Notes: generated from the letters alone by a model not told the origin. A stretch of DNA of 64,000 bases from an uncultured Dehalococcoidia bacterium (GCA_964524995.1 CAZGDV010000002.1:1787-65786); one strand, 5' to 3'; positions 38,246-46,907 are shown, counted from the stretch's first letter. Numbers and translations are program-made.

Positions 38246-38794
38246 ATGAAGACCGTACGTACTATTATCACCGCCCTTGTAGTCACGATTGCCATCTGTG
38301 TGATGGCCGCTGGCCTGTCGTGCACTAGCGAGACACGTGAGATATCGCAAGCTGATCCGATCTCGCCCACTAAGGCGTATACCTCTGCAGTCATACCGAT
38401 ACTGACCTCCATTTCCTCCGCCAACAAGGTCTACCTGATGCCGATGGAACGCGCTCACCAACTCAGCGAGAGCAGTGCGCCGGGCGAATTCACCGCAATC
38501 CAAGAGGCGGCCACTCTGTACGCTGACGAGATAGCGAGATGCCGTGAGCAGTGGAACGAGATCAGCCCTCCCGACGCACTCAGCAGGTTCCACGTTGACT
38601 ATGCCGGCTACCTCCAGGTCGAAGAGGATAGTGCCAAGCTCCTCGCTTTGAGCGTCCGGCTGCATGATCTGGACGGTGTGTCCATAGCGATGGATATCAG
38701 GGACGACAACTTCGAGTGGCTGAAGGACTGTCTGGAGCAATTCGAAGCGACTACCACCATCCCGGACATGGGTGACGACGACCTCATCCTCTGA
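38246..38794 (+). CDS. Hypothetical secreted/lipoprotein-like protein
   Basis: 182 aa. N-terminal signal-like TM ending AAGLSC (non-canonical lipobox). No family recognised. Confidence 0.55.
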   Translation: MKTVRTIITALVVTIAICVMAAGLSCTSETREISQADPISPTKAYTSAVIPILTSISSANKVYLMPMERAHQLSESSAPGEFTAIQEAATLYADEIARCREQWNEISPPDALSRFHVDYAGYLQVEEDSAKLLALSVRLHDLDGVSIAMDIRDDNFEWLKDCLEQFEATTTIPDMGDDDLIL

Positions 38795-39045
38795 AACATC
38801 TCGCCGTCCACGCCTCAACTCACCGACACCACCCCAGCCTGCCGAGCCGCCTAGCCCTCTGCCGAGCCATAAGGCTCCATCGTGCTCTCCATGACCGAAT
38901 GGTGTGCCTAGCATGTCGCAAAGGCGAGACGGGCTCCTGAGCGCCTCTGAGAGGCCTCCAGGGTCGGCGGGCGGGCAGGCACTACCAAGGCTCGACGGCG
39001 GGGCGAGGGCATAATACCTCACAAATCAGCACCAACGTCGTTCTA

Positions 39046-39066
39046 CCCACCCGGCGCCCGATGGCA
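39046..39066 (+). repeat. Copy of the CCACC..CGCCCGATGGCA motif
   Basis: CCCACCCGGCGCCCGATGGCA. Related to the direct repeats at 56585-56615 and 56820-56853. Sits 32 nt upstream of a TTGACA -35. Confidence 0.4.
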
Positions 39067-39160
39067 GCAGGTTGCCCGCAGTAGTCACGCGCAGGTGTTT
39101 GACAACGAGACCCCCAAGTAGCAGAATGCACAAATCAGACCAACCACCTGGAGGCTCGCC

Positions 39161-39964
39161 ATGAATGTTGCCCAGTTTCGCAAGTCGCGATCCGGTGTAC
39201 TCCTCTTAGCCCTCACTCTCGTTTCCGCTCTCACCTTGCTCGTGGCTGGTTGCAGCACCGGCCCGGAAACGAGCGAGACATACACATTCAATGTCGGTGA
39301 GATGGCCAAGCTCGTGGTGACCGCTGACAACACCCAGGTGGACATCCAGGCCCAACCGGGCGGCAACATAACCGTACAGGCAACGCTGCGCCGCGCCGAC
39401 GACCTGACCTACGAGTTATCCCAGGACGGCAACACCGTCACCATCGACATCGACATCGAGGGCGCAGGGTTCATCGGCGAGAGCCCCGGCGCGGAGCTTG
39501 ACATAACCGTCCCGCCGCAGACGGAACTCGATATCCGCACATCCAACGGCGCGGTTAACGGCAACGGTACGCACGGCATCGCCAAGGTGGAGACGTCGAA
39601 CGGCAAGATCGAGTTCAAGAACGCGAGCGGCGATTTCGACCTCAGGACCAGCAACGGCAGCCTGAACCTGTCGGACTTCTCAGGCCAGGTTGACGGCGAG
39701 ACGAGCAACGGCCGGATCGAGTTCGAGGGCAACCTGACTGACGGGTCGGAGAACCGCCTCACAACGAGTAATGGCAGAATAGACGTAGAGTTCGATGCCG
39801 AGCCCAACATCGACCTGGACGCCGAGACGAGCAACGGCGATATCGATTGCGACTTCCCCATCACGGCGACGGTGACCGGCGACGACCGCCTGGTCGGCAC
39901 GATCGGCGCCGGCGGCACGAAGCTGGACCTGAGCACGAGCAACGGCGACATAACGATCAGGTAG
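39161..39964 (+). CDS. DUF4097-like beta-repeat lipoprotein (putative adhesin fold)
   Basis: Lipobox LLVAGC. Seven (E/T)TSNG(x)I(D/E) repeats typical of DUF4097. Confidence 0.75.
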   Translation: MNVAQFRKSRSGVLLLALTLVSALTLLVAGCSTGPETSETYTFNVGEMAKLVVTADNTQVDIQAQPGGNITVQATLRRADDLTYELSQDGNTVTIDIDIEGAGFIGESPGAELDITVPPQTELDIRTSNGAVNGNGTHGIAKVETSNGKIEFKNASGDFDLRTSNGSLNLSDFSGQVDGETSNGRIEFEGNLTDGSENRLTTSNGRIDVEFDAEPNIDLDAETSNGDIDCDFPITATVTGDDRLVGTIGAGGTKLDLSTSNGDITIR

Positions 39965-39980
39965 ACGCTCCACCATCCCT

Positions 39981-40035
39981 ATGTCCCAATGTCCGGGCTG
40001 CCAGATGTTCAGATGTCTGGCTGGCTACCCAGAGG
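39981..40035 (+). repeat. 8-bp-phased intergenic repeat cluster (strong copy)
   Basis: ATGTCCCA ATGTCCGG GCTGCCAG ATGTTCAG ATGTCTGG CTGGCTAC. Has a 22-nt identity with 61582-61603. Confidence 0.75.
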
Positions 40036-40184
40036 TAACATCTATCGAATCTTGACGCTTATGCTCGCCTAGAGTAGCATTGTGCCGGCATTCCCCGCTT
40101 GAAACCCGAGGACGAAGTGGATGTGTGCAAGGGCACGTGAGTGGGTGCGATTCTCATGACAGCTTTGCATTCAAGAGTGCTCCC

Positions 40185-41606
40185 ATGACGATACAACAAC
40201 AACCTGAGTTGGCCGATCTCTCCAGTCATGAAAGTGCGCACTCAGGCTATCGCGACACCTTAACACGTCTAATTAGGGGCGACCTAGACTTCCACGATGA
40301 CAACAGCCTGTACTCATCACACAACTTCCACCCGTTTCCCGCCAAGTTCCCCCCACAGCTCCCACGCCTATTCATCGAGCAACTGACTAAGCCAAACGAT
40401 GTCGTTTTGGACCCCATGATGGGGTCAGGCACTACCGTGCTTGAAGCCTATCTCGCGGGAAGACGTGCGATCGGCCTGGATATAGACCCGCTAGCAATTA
40501 CGATATCGAACGTCAAAACGACCCCCTACGACAAGAACGAGCTAATCGAGTTGACAAAAGTCATAGTCGCCAAAGCCCGTGAGTCGGTGGGACACCGCCG
40601 AACGGAGCTAGAGAGCGCTCTTCAGTCAGGTTTCGACGCGCCAACGCGGCGATTCCTTGACACATGGTTTCCGAAAGACACTCAACTGGAACTCCTTGCA
40701 CTCATTCAGGAGACAGAAAGGGAGACAGATCATTCCACGAGATCCTTCTTTGAATTGGCGTTTTCGGGGGTTATCATTACGAAGTCCGGCGGGGTATCCT
40801 ACGCACTCGACTTAGCGCACACACGGCCGCACAGAGCCAAGTTGGTTCTCGACATGTCCGGCAGAGTGCTCCTCGGTCATCGTGCACTTGGAGTCGCCAG
40901 TTCAGAACGCGATAGGCTCCTGACCAAGACAATCCGTTCTGCTATTGAAGAGTTCGAGAGGCGAGTGTTCAACAATCTCAAGGGTGTTCTGGATAGAAGC
41001 AGTGGCTTCCCCAAGCCCTACGTCACGTTCGGAGACGCGAGGAGCCTGTCCCTGGACGAGAACTCGGTCGACCTGATTGTCACTTCGCCCCCCTACGCAT
41101 CCAATGCCATAGACTACATGAGGGCTCACAAGTTCGCTCTCGTGTGGATGGGGTACTCAATAGCCGAGCTCAGCGAGCGACGTCGGGAGTATATCGGTAG
41201 CGAGGTCATTCAGGGCGCAGACCTAGTCGACTTCCCGTCTCGAACGACCGCGGTCATCGAAGATATATCGGTCGTCGATGCACGGAAGGGGCTCGTCTTG
41301 CGACACTACTATTCGGAGATGGCATTGGTGTTGAGGGAGATGCTTCGAGTACTGAAGCCCGGGAAGGCTGCTATCGTCGTTGTGGGTAGCTCCCTCATGC
41401 GCGGACGGGATACGCAGACAGGCGATTGTCTTGCAGAAATAGGCGCGCGCCTAGGCTTAGATGTCGTGGCCGTGGGAACCCGGAGCCTCGACCGCAATCG
41501 CAGAATGCTGCCGGCTGGTCACCGAGTTGACCCTAGTTCGCAGATCCAGCAACGGATGCACAAGGAACAGGTGATCGCTTTCTGCAAACCTGCCCAGCGA
41601 AGTTGA
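40185..41606 (+). CDS. Type II DNA methyltransferase (amino-MTase, SPPY catalytic motif; probably N4-cytosine or N6-adenine)
   Basis: Motif I LDPMMGSGTTVLEA and, about 220 aa later, motif IV IVTSPPYASN (alpha-type order). ATG 40185 is preferred. Confidence 0.85.
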   Translation: MTIQQQPELADLSSHESAHSGYRDTLTRLIRGDLDFHDDNSLYSSHNFHPFPAKFPPQLPRLFIEQLTKPNDVVLDPMMGSGTTVLEAYLAGRRAIGLDIDPLAITISNVKTTPYDKNELIELTKVIVAKARESVGHRRTELESALQSGFDAPTRRFLDTWFPKDTQLELLALIQETERETDHSTRSFFELAFSGVIITKSGGVSYALDLAHTRPHRAKLVLDMSGRVLLGHRALGVASSERDRLLTKTIRSAIEEFERRVFNNLKGVLDRSSGFPKPYVTFGDARSLSLDENSVDLIVTSPPYASNAIDYMRAHKFALVWMGYSIAELSERRREYIGSEVIQGADLVDFPSRTTAVIEDISVVDARKGLVLRHYYSEMALVLREMLRVLKPGKAAIVVVGSSLMRGRDTQTGDCLAEIGARLGLDVVAVGTRSLDRNRRMLPAGHRVDPSSQIQQRMHKEQVIAFCKPAQRS

Positions 41607-41627
41607 CGACGCGGCGAAGGAGGGCAG

Positions 41628-42485
41628 ATGAGCATATCTCAACTGCGCCGAGAGTACCACGAGCGTATCTGCGCTGAGATAATCAGAGTCACTGAGAATA
41701 AGAGTGTAACATACCCCAACTTCGCTGATGGCAGCAACAAGTCGAGTCGCGATATCGCTTGGGCAATCACGAGGCTTCTAGGCCACAGGCCCCAACAAGA
41801 GAGGATCGATGGTCAAACAGTGGGTGATCGATTTGAGTTGGCAACGCGAGATTTCCTAGAGTCTGCATTCCTTCTCCTGGAGCACATCCGCCCCGGTAAA
41901 TGGATGTACCAAGTTAAGACAGCTATATCGAAGTTCTACCAGTTCGAGCATCTTCGGTATCTGGAAGAGGTTGTGAAAAGTGACAAAGTGCTCTCATCAG
42001 CCTTTGGCGGTGACTACATCGTCAAGCCCGACATTGTTGTCGGAAGGTATCCTGTGACAGATAAGGAGGTCAACAGCCATCATGTGCTTGTTCGCAGGCA
42101 AGACAAAGTGGCGAAGTTGACACCCCTGCGAGTTCAAAATCAGAAGGATGCTCTTCCTCTACTTCATGCCAGCATCTCCTGCAAGTGGACCATCCGAAGC
42201 GACAGGTCGCAGAACACGCGAACAGAGGCTCTCAACCTCATCCGGAACCGCAAGGGCCATTTGCCCCACATAGTCGCGGTCACGGCCGAACCCTTGCCCT
42301 CTCGCCTAGCAACCCTAGCGCTAGGCACCGGCGACCTCGACTGCGTATACCACTTCGCGCTCCCCGAATTGTGCTCATCAATCGAAGACTTGGACAACCA
42401 AGACCAACTGGACATGCTCCGAATCCTAATGGATGGTCGGCGCTTGCGTGACATCAGCGACTTGCCATTCGATCTAGCGATCTAA
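41628..42485 (+). CDS. NgoMIV/Cfr10I-family Type II restriction endonuclease
   Basis: 285 aa. VKPDIVV and SISCKWTIRSDRSQN match the PD...(S)xK catalytic motif and the R-S-D-R CCGG-recognition motif as I recall them for NgoMIV. Confidence 0.75.
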   Translation: MSISQLRREYHERICAEIIRVTENKSVTYPNFADGSNKSSRDIAWAITRLLGHRPQQERIDGQTVGDRFELATRDFLESAFLLLEHIRPGKWMYQVKTAISKFYQFEHLRYLEEVVKSDKVLSSAFGGDYIVKPDIVVGRYPVTDKEVNSHHVLVRRQDKVAKLTPLRVQNQKDALPLLHASISCKWTIRSDRSQNTRTEALNLIRNRKGHLPHIVAVTAEPLPSRLATLALGTGDLDCVYHFALPELCSSIEDLDNQDQLDMLRILMDGRRLRDISDLPFDLAI

Positions 42486-42581
42486 TCCCCACCAAAGGGC
42501 ATTGTCTTCCCATGTCTCGCAAACTCTATCCGATGCCCTAACATTAGCCCCCAATACCCCTCCTGCGCTAAAATACTCCCC

Positions 42582-43253
42582 GTGATCAATCGCAAGGATG
42601 TCAAAGTCGAGCGCCGCAGGGTCAAGAGCGGACGTATCATGGTCCATCCCGACCTGCGGATCGAACTCATCGTCCCGCTCCGCACCTCGAACGCCGAGAT
42701 CGATGAGATCATCCGCCACAAGTCGAAGTGGATCGAGAAGAAGCTGCGCTACTTCAGGCACAGGAAGACCCTGGGCGTGCAGCTCAAGCGGGGCGAGGTC
42801 CTGCTGTACGGCGAGGTCTATAGGTTCCGGCCCGTCCCCGAGCTCGGTCGGAAGGTGGCAGTCGATTCAAAGGGCAAGACGATATCCTCCGGCAGGGACT
42901 TGCTGGACGCCCACGTGCTGGAGGAATGGTACCGGGAGGAGGCCAGGAGAGTCATCTCGAAGCGGCTGCGCCACTATGCCAGGGAGTACGGTCTCCCGTA
43001 CAATAGAGTGTACATTCGCGGCCAGAAGACAAGATGGGGGAGCTGTTCGGCGAAGAAGAACCTCTCGTTCAACTGGCGTCTGGTCCAGGTCCCGCCGCGT
43101 ATTCTGGACTACGTAGTGGCCCACGAGTTGGTTCACGCGCAGCACTTCGACCACTCGGACGCCTTCTGGGAGCGGCTGGAAGGGGTATACCCCGAATACG
43201 AAGAGGCAAGGGAGTGGCTGGAGAACTACCACGCCTACCAGAGGCACTCGTAG
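42582..43253 (+). CDS. DUF45/YgjP-like (M48-related) zinc metallopeptidase
   Basis: 223 aa. RWGSCSAKKNLSFNWRL and DYVVAHELVHAQHFDHSDAFW (HExxH) motifs. Confidence 0.8.
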   Translation: MINRKDVKVERRRVKSGRIMVHPDLRIELIVPLRTSNAEIDEIIRHKSKWIEKKLRYFRHRKTLGVQLKRGEVLLYGEVYRFRPVPELGRKVAVDSKGKTISSGRDLLDAHVLEEWYREEARRVISKRLRHYAREYGLPYNRVYIRGQKTRWGSCSAKKNLSFNWRLVQVPPRILDYVVAHELVHAQHFDHSDAFWERLEGVYPEYEEAREWLENYHAYQRHS

Positions 43254-43277
43254 CGGGCGATTCGGCGAATCGCCCGC
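43253..43277 (+). terminator. Strong hairpin at the end of the DUF45 gene
   Basis: GCGGGCGATTC-GGC-GAATCGCCCGC, an 11-bp perfect stem starting at the stop codon. No T-tract. Confidence 0.45.
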
Positions 43278-43330
43278 AGATGCACACAACCGAGACAGTG
43301 TCAAGCAGGACTTGCCATTCGCAACATTAT

Positions 43331-43369
43331 GTGACAACATTTGACAACATGTGACAACACTGATATAAT
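43331..43369 (+). promoter_or_regulatory. Consensus promoter overlapping a 3x10-bp tandem operator-like repeat
   Basis: GTGACAACAT TTGACAACAT GTGACAACAC (43331-43360). TTGACA(43341)-17 nt-TATAAT(43364) with a TG extension (43361-62). Confidence 0.7.
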
Positions 43370-43379
43370 AATACCAGAC

Positions 43380-44477
43380 ATGGTAGAGTACCTGACAATA
43401 CCTGAAGCGGCCACGCGACTCCACGTGACAAGGCAAACGGTCTACAGGTGGATCAAGGAGGGCCGAATCGATCCCGTGTGGACTCCGGGAGGAAGCTACA
43501 GGGTACCTGACGACCAGTTGATCCAATCAGCGGCAACCCCACCCTCCAGAACGTACAATGACAGGAAGATTTTCCCAGTCACCAACATATCAGAATTCGA
43601 ACCAGAAATCATTGAGCAGCTGGGCACGAAGTTCAAGTTCTGGTACAGAACGCAGGTGGGAAAACGAGTGCTATTCAAGGAAGGACGACCAGGAACAGGC
43701 GAGAATTGGGCGGAGAAGGCAGCGAGCGAGCTGTGCGGACTGCTCGGTTTGCCGCACGTACCCTATGAACTGGCGGTGTGGAAGGGAAAGGAAGGCGTTG
43801 TCTGTGATGATTTCGAACCACCCGGCGGAAGACTTGTGCACGGCAACGAACTCCTGGCCTTAAGAGAAGATGCCTACGACAGAGACAAGCGCTATCGGCA
43901 GGGGCAGCATACCCTCAGGCTCGTATTGGATACGATTCGTGACGAGGTTCTTGAAGTCCCTCTGGACTGGAATCCATTCGATATCATCGAATCTCCCATT
44001 GATGTATTCGTTGGCTATCTGATGCTCGACACATGGATCGCGAACCAGGACCGGCATCACCAAAACTGGGGACTCGTTCTGACCAAGGATCAGGTCACTC
44101 ACCTCGCTCCATCCTTCGACCACGCCTCCAGTCTCGGCAGGAACGAGTCGGACGACGTCCGAAAAGAAAGGCTAGTCACCAAGGACAAAGCGCGAAGCAT
44201 CGAGAGATATGTTGAGAAAGCCAGGTCGGCGTTCTATGCATCGCCAGAATCGGCAAGACCGATGTTCACGATCGAGGCTTTTGAAATGGCTGCTATGCAG
44301 AGCAGGGACGCCGCCCGCTCATGGCTCGGGCGGTTGGAGCAAGTGGCTAGCGCAGATACTATGTCAGTATTCGAGCGCATTCCTGACACGAAGATCACAC
44401 CTGCGGCCGTGGAGTTCGCCCAGCACATGCTCGAGCTGAACCGCGAGCGACTACTGGGCCTCAGAAAGGGGCTATGA
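43380..44477 (+). CDS. Excisionase-type HTH fused to a HipA-like Ser/Thr kinase
   Basis: LTIPEAATRLHVTRQTVYRWIKEG HTH. Kinase core QLGTKFKFWY, LDTWIANQDRHHQNWGL, LAPSFDHASSLG. ATG 43380 is only about 10 nt past the -10. Confidence 0.8.
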   Translation: MVEYLTIPEAATRLHVTRQTVYRWIKEGRIDPVWTPGGSYRVPDDQLIQSAATPPSRTYNDRKIFPVTNISEFEPEIIEQLGTKFKFWYRTQVGKRVLFKEGRPGTGENWAEKAASELCGLLGLPHVPYELAVWKGKEGVVCDDFEPPGGRLVHGNELLALREDAYDRDKRYRQGQHTLRLVLDTIRDEVLEVPLDWNPFDIIESPIDVFVGYLMLDTWIANQDRHHQNWGLVLTKDQVTHLAPSFDHASSLGRNESDDVRKERLVTKDKARSIERYVEKARSAFYASPESARPMFTIEAFEMAAMQSRDAARSWLGRLEQVASADTMSVFERIPDTKITPAAVEFAQHMLELNRERLLGLRKGL

Positions 44478-45250
44478 TGAAAACGCTCTACCTCGCATGG
44501 CAAGACCCGGTCGACCGCATGTGGAGGACCGTCGGGCGCTTGACATTAGACAATGGCAAGTACAAGTTCGTCTACACTAAGGGCGCGAAGAATGCCCCTC
44601 GGTTCTCGACCTTTGGCGGCATGAAGAAACTGGATCAGCCCTACGAGTCAACTGAGTTGTTCCCCGTATTCGCGAATAGGCTGTTGTCGGAACGACGCCC
44701 CGAGTATGAGGACTATCTGAAGTGGGCAAACTTGAGCCGCCATGATATCACAGGGGTTCTGTCTGCAACTGGTGGCAAACGAGTCACGGATTCTTTCAGG
44801 GTATTCCCAAAACCAGAGCCGACGCCTGAGGAGAGATATGAAGTCACATTCTTCGCCCACGGCCTCCGCTACTTCCCCGAGGAAGCGAGGCGGCGTGTCG
44901 ATGCTCTTCAAGCAGGCGAAAGGCTCTACCTCATGCCTGATCCGCAGAACGAATATGATCCAATGGCAATCCTCCTCCGCACAGGCGATCCCCTATTCTT
45001 GGCAGGTTACTGTCCGAGGTTTTTTGCGACCGACTTCAAGCAGTTGCTTCAATTGAACCCCGACCAACCGGCAGTTGTGGTGATCCGGGTCAACCGAGAC
45101 GCGCCTCTCCAGATGCGTTTATTGTGCAGACTGTCCTCGCCGTGGCCTGCGGGCTTCGAAACCTGCAGCGGAGAGGAGTACAAGCCGCTTGTTGAGGAAC
45201 CGACAGTCGTAGGGAGAGTTCAGCCATGGAAATGGACACAGAAGACATAG
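44474..45250 (+). CDS. HipS-like (HipA N-subdomain-like) + HIRAN domain protein
   Basis: ATGA overlap with the kinase. ELFPVFANRLLSERRPEYEDYL is HipA-N-like. GERLYLMPDPQNEYDPMAILLRTGDPLFLAGYCPR is HIRAN-like. Confidence 0.7.
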   Translation: MMKTLYLAWQDPVDRMWRTVGRLTLDNGKYKFVYTKGAKNAPRFSTFGGMKKLDQPYESTELFPVFANRLLSERRPEYEDYLKWANLSRHDITGVLSATGGKRVTDSFRVFPKPEPTPEERYEVTFFAHGLRYFPEEARRRVDALQAGERLYLMPDPQNEYDPMAILLRTGDPLFLAGYCPRFFATDFKQLLQLNPDQPAVVVIRVNRDAPLQMRLLCRLSSPWPAGFETCSGEEYKPLVEEPTVVGRVQPWKWTQKT

Positions 45251-45771
45251 TGCAACGTGCCCACCAACTCGGAATCCATACGTGCATCGAGTTCGACCCG
45301 GGCCTCCTGACCCCCGAGGAGCGGATACGGGAAATATGCCATGGTAACAAGTGCGGTAACTACAGGGTACACTACATGTGCCCGCCCCACGTCGGGTCGC
45401 TGGAGGACGCCGAGCGCCGCTTCGGAGAGTTCAAGAGGGGCGTGCTGCTCCAGTACTCGGAGGCTCTCGACGTGACGACAGACATCGAAGGGCTCTTGCG
45501 AGCGAAGATGGAGCTCCATACACGCGTGCTGCAGATGGAAGAGTACCTGCGCAGCAGGGGCCTGGCCAACGCCTGGGGCTTGATCGGCGGGTCCTGCTGG
45601 CTGTGCTACCCATGTAAGGCCAGGTCGGGCGAGCCCTGCCCTCATCCGGAGGCAGCCAGGCCCTCCCCCGAGGCTTTCGGCGTCGACGTCATGGCCCTCC
45701 TGGGCAAGCTCGGCCTCGACAACCAGTTCCACTCCGACCGGGTAACCTGGACAGGTTGCGTCCTATTCTGA
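45226..45771 (+). CDS. DUF2284-like Cys-rich metal-binding protein
   Basis: 181 aa. CHGNKCGNY...YMCPP and GGSCWLCYPCKA...CPHPE motifs. 25-nt overlap with the upstream gene. Confidence 0.65.
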   Translation: MEMDTEDIVQRAHQLGIHTCIEFDPGLLTPEERIREICHGNKCGNYRVHYMCPPHVGSLEDAERRFGEFKRGVLLQYSEALDVTTDIEGLLRAKMELHTRVLQMEEYLRSRGLANAWGLIGGSCWLCYPCKARSGEPCPHPEAARPSPEAFGVDVMALLGKLGLDNQFHSDRVTWTGCVLF

Positions 45772-45857
45772 GGTCATCGAGTCGAGAGGCCGAACCCGAC
45801 ATCGACAAGCCAACGCGCCTCCACCTTATGCGCAAGCAGCTTCCTCAACATAGCCGT

Positions 45858-45975
45858 GCAACGGCTCTGCGACGTTCAGCTGTCTGGCTGTTCAGCCGTC
45901 CCAACGATGGTACGTTGACTCACGCGACCGCCGTATTGTAGGATACGTCGAGTGCGACGGCTGTCTGCGAGAGGT
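45858..45975 (+). repeat. 8-bp-phased intergenic repeat cluster
   Basis: TGCGACGT TCAGCTGT CTGGCTGT TCAGCCGT CCCAACGA TGGTACGT TGACTCAC ... Confidence 0.55.
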
Positions 45976-46015
45976 ATCGCAACCGCCAACTCACGCTGAG
46001 AAGAAAGGGCCAGAA

Positions 46016-46855
46016 GTGGAGTACGTAGTGCTGGGCCTGAGCATCGCCTTCGGGATCCTGGTTTTCCTCCTATCGATCACGGCTCTCGTGATCTGCATCA
46101 AGAACCGCTACGAGACCGCGGCCACCCTGAAACACGGTGTTCTTCTGGCGGCCGTGGTCATAGGCCTCGATCTATTGGCGATCCCCCTGGTACCCGACGC
46201 CCTCGCCGACATGGACACGGCGGTAATCGCCGTGCTGGCCATAGGGTCGATTCTGCGCTTCATCGCGATCACTCTTCTAACTTGTCTCGGCATCCACTGC
46301 GCCCGGTCGCTCGGCTATCAGGACGTACCACTGCTGAGAAGGCTTCTCGCGAGAGAGGAAGGCGACGGCGGTGTGGTCAGCAAGGGCTACCTCCTCTCGA
46401 GCATCGGCCTGGCGCTGGGCGCGGTTGCCTTCACCGCCATCCTGTTCGTGGCGATACCACCGCAACTGTCCAGCACCTTCGTCGACGTCTCGGAGATCGA
46501 CATGGCCGAGTACGGGATAGCCGAGTTCATAACGCCCGCGCTGATACTCGTGGTTATCCAGGCGACCATATACGAAGAGATACTGTTCCGCCTCTGCATC
46601 CAGAGCTTCGTCGCCAAGTACCTCGGACTGAACGGCAGGAAGTACGTCTGGGCGGTACTGCTCACGGCAGGTCTGTGGGCGATACTGCATCTCGGTGCAC
46701 TAGACCCGGTATGGATCAAGTTCGTTCAGGTGTTCCCGATCGGGATAGCCCTGGGATTTCTGTTCCGTAAGTACGGGCTGGGAAGCGCCATCCTGGCCCA
46801 CGGAGCCTTCAATGTGGCGGGCATGTTCCTGGCCGTCCATCTCGTCAACTGGTGA
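46016..46855 (+). CDS. CPBP-family intramembrane glutamic endopeptidase (CAAX protease/Abi-like)
   Basis: 279 aa polytopic protein. YEEILFRL, WAILHLG and ILAHGAFNV motifs. Confidence 0.85.
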   Translation: MEYVVLGLSIAFGILVFLLSITALVICIKNRYETAATLKHGVLLAAVVIGLDLLAIPLVPDALADMDTAVIAVLAIGSILRFIAITLLTCLGIHCARSLGYQDVPLLRRLLAREEGDGGVVSKGYLLSSIGLALGAVAFTAILFVAIPPQLSSTFVDVSEIDMAEYGIAEFITPALILVVIQATIYEEILFRLCIQSFVAKYLGLNGRKYVWAVLLTAGLWAILHLGALDPVWIKFVQVFPIGIALGFLFRKYGLGSAILAHGAFNVAGMFLAVHLVNW

Positions 46856-46907
46856 CATCCGGACAGCGGAATGTCAGGCTGTCTGGATGCGGCCATGTGA
46901 ACCCTCG
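46854..46907 (+). repeat. 8-bp-phased intergenic repeat cluster
   Basis: ...GGAATGT CAGGCTGT CTGGATGC GGCCATGT..., starting at the CPBP stop codon. Confidence 0.6.

Noticed and set aside
38141-39022. 293-aa minus-strand ORF spanning the 38.2-39.0 kb region.
   Set aside because: It is a shadow of the + strand gene 38246-38794, which has a signal-like N-terminus, and it runs through the predicted + strand terminator. The composition is low-complexity and no motif is present.
43341-43379. TTG 43341 as the start of the kinase gene.
   Set aside because: It coincides with the -35 hexamer of a consensus promoter. The encoded MTTCDNTDIIIPD would lie upstream of the transcription start.
19970-44477. 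Whether the two excisionase-type HTH domains (19970-20218 and the N-terminus of 43380-44477) indicate an integrated prophage or ICE.
   Set aside because: No integrase, recombinase, tRNA target, att-like flanking repeats or phage structural genes occur anywhere in the window.
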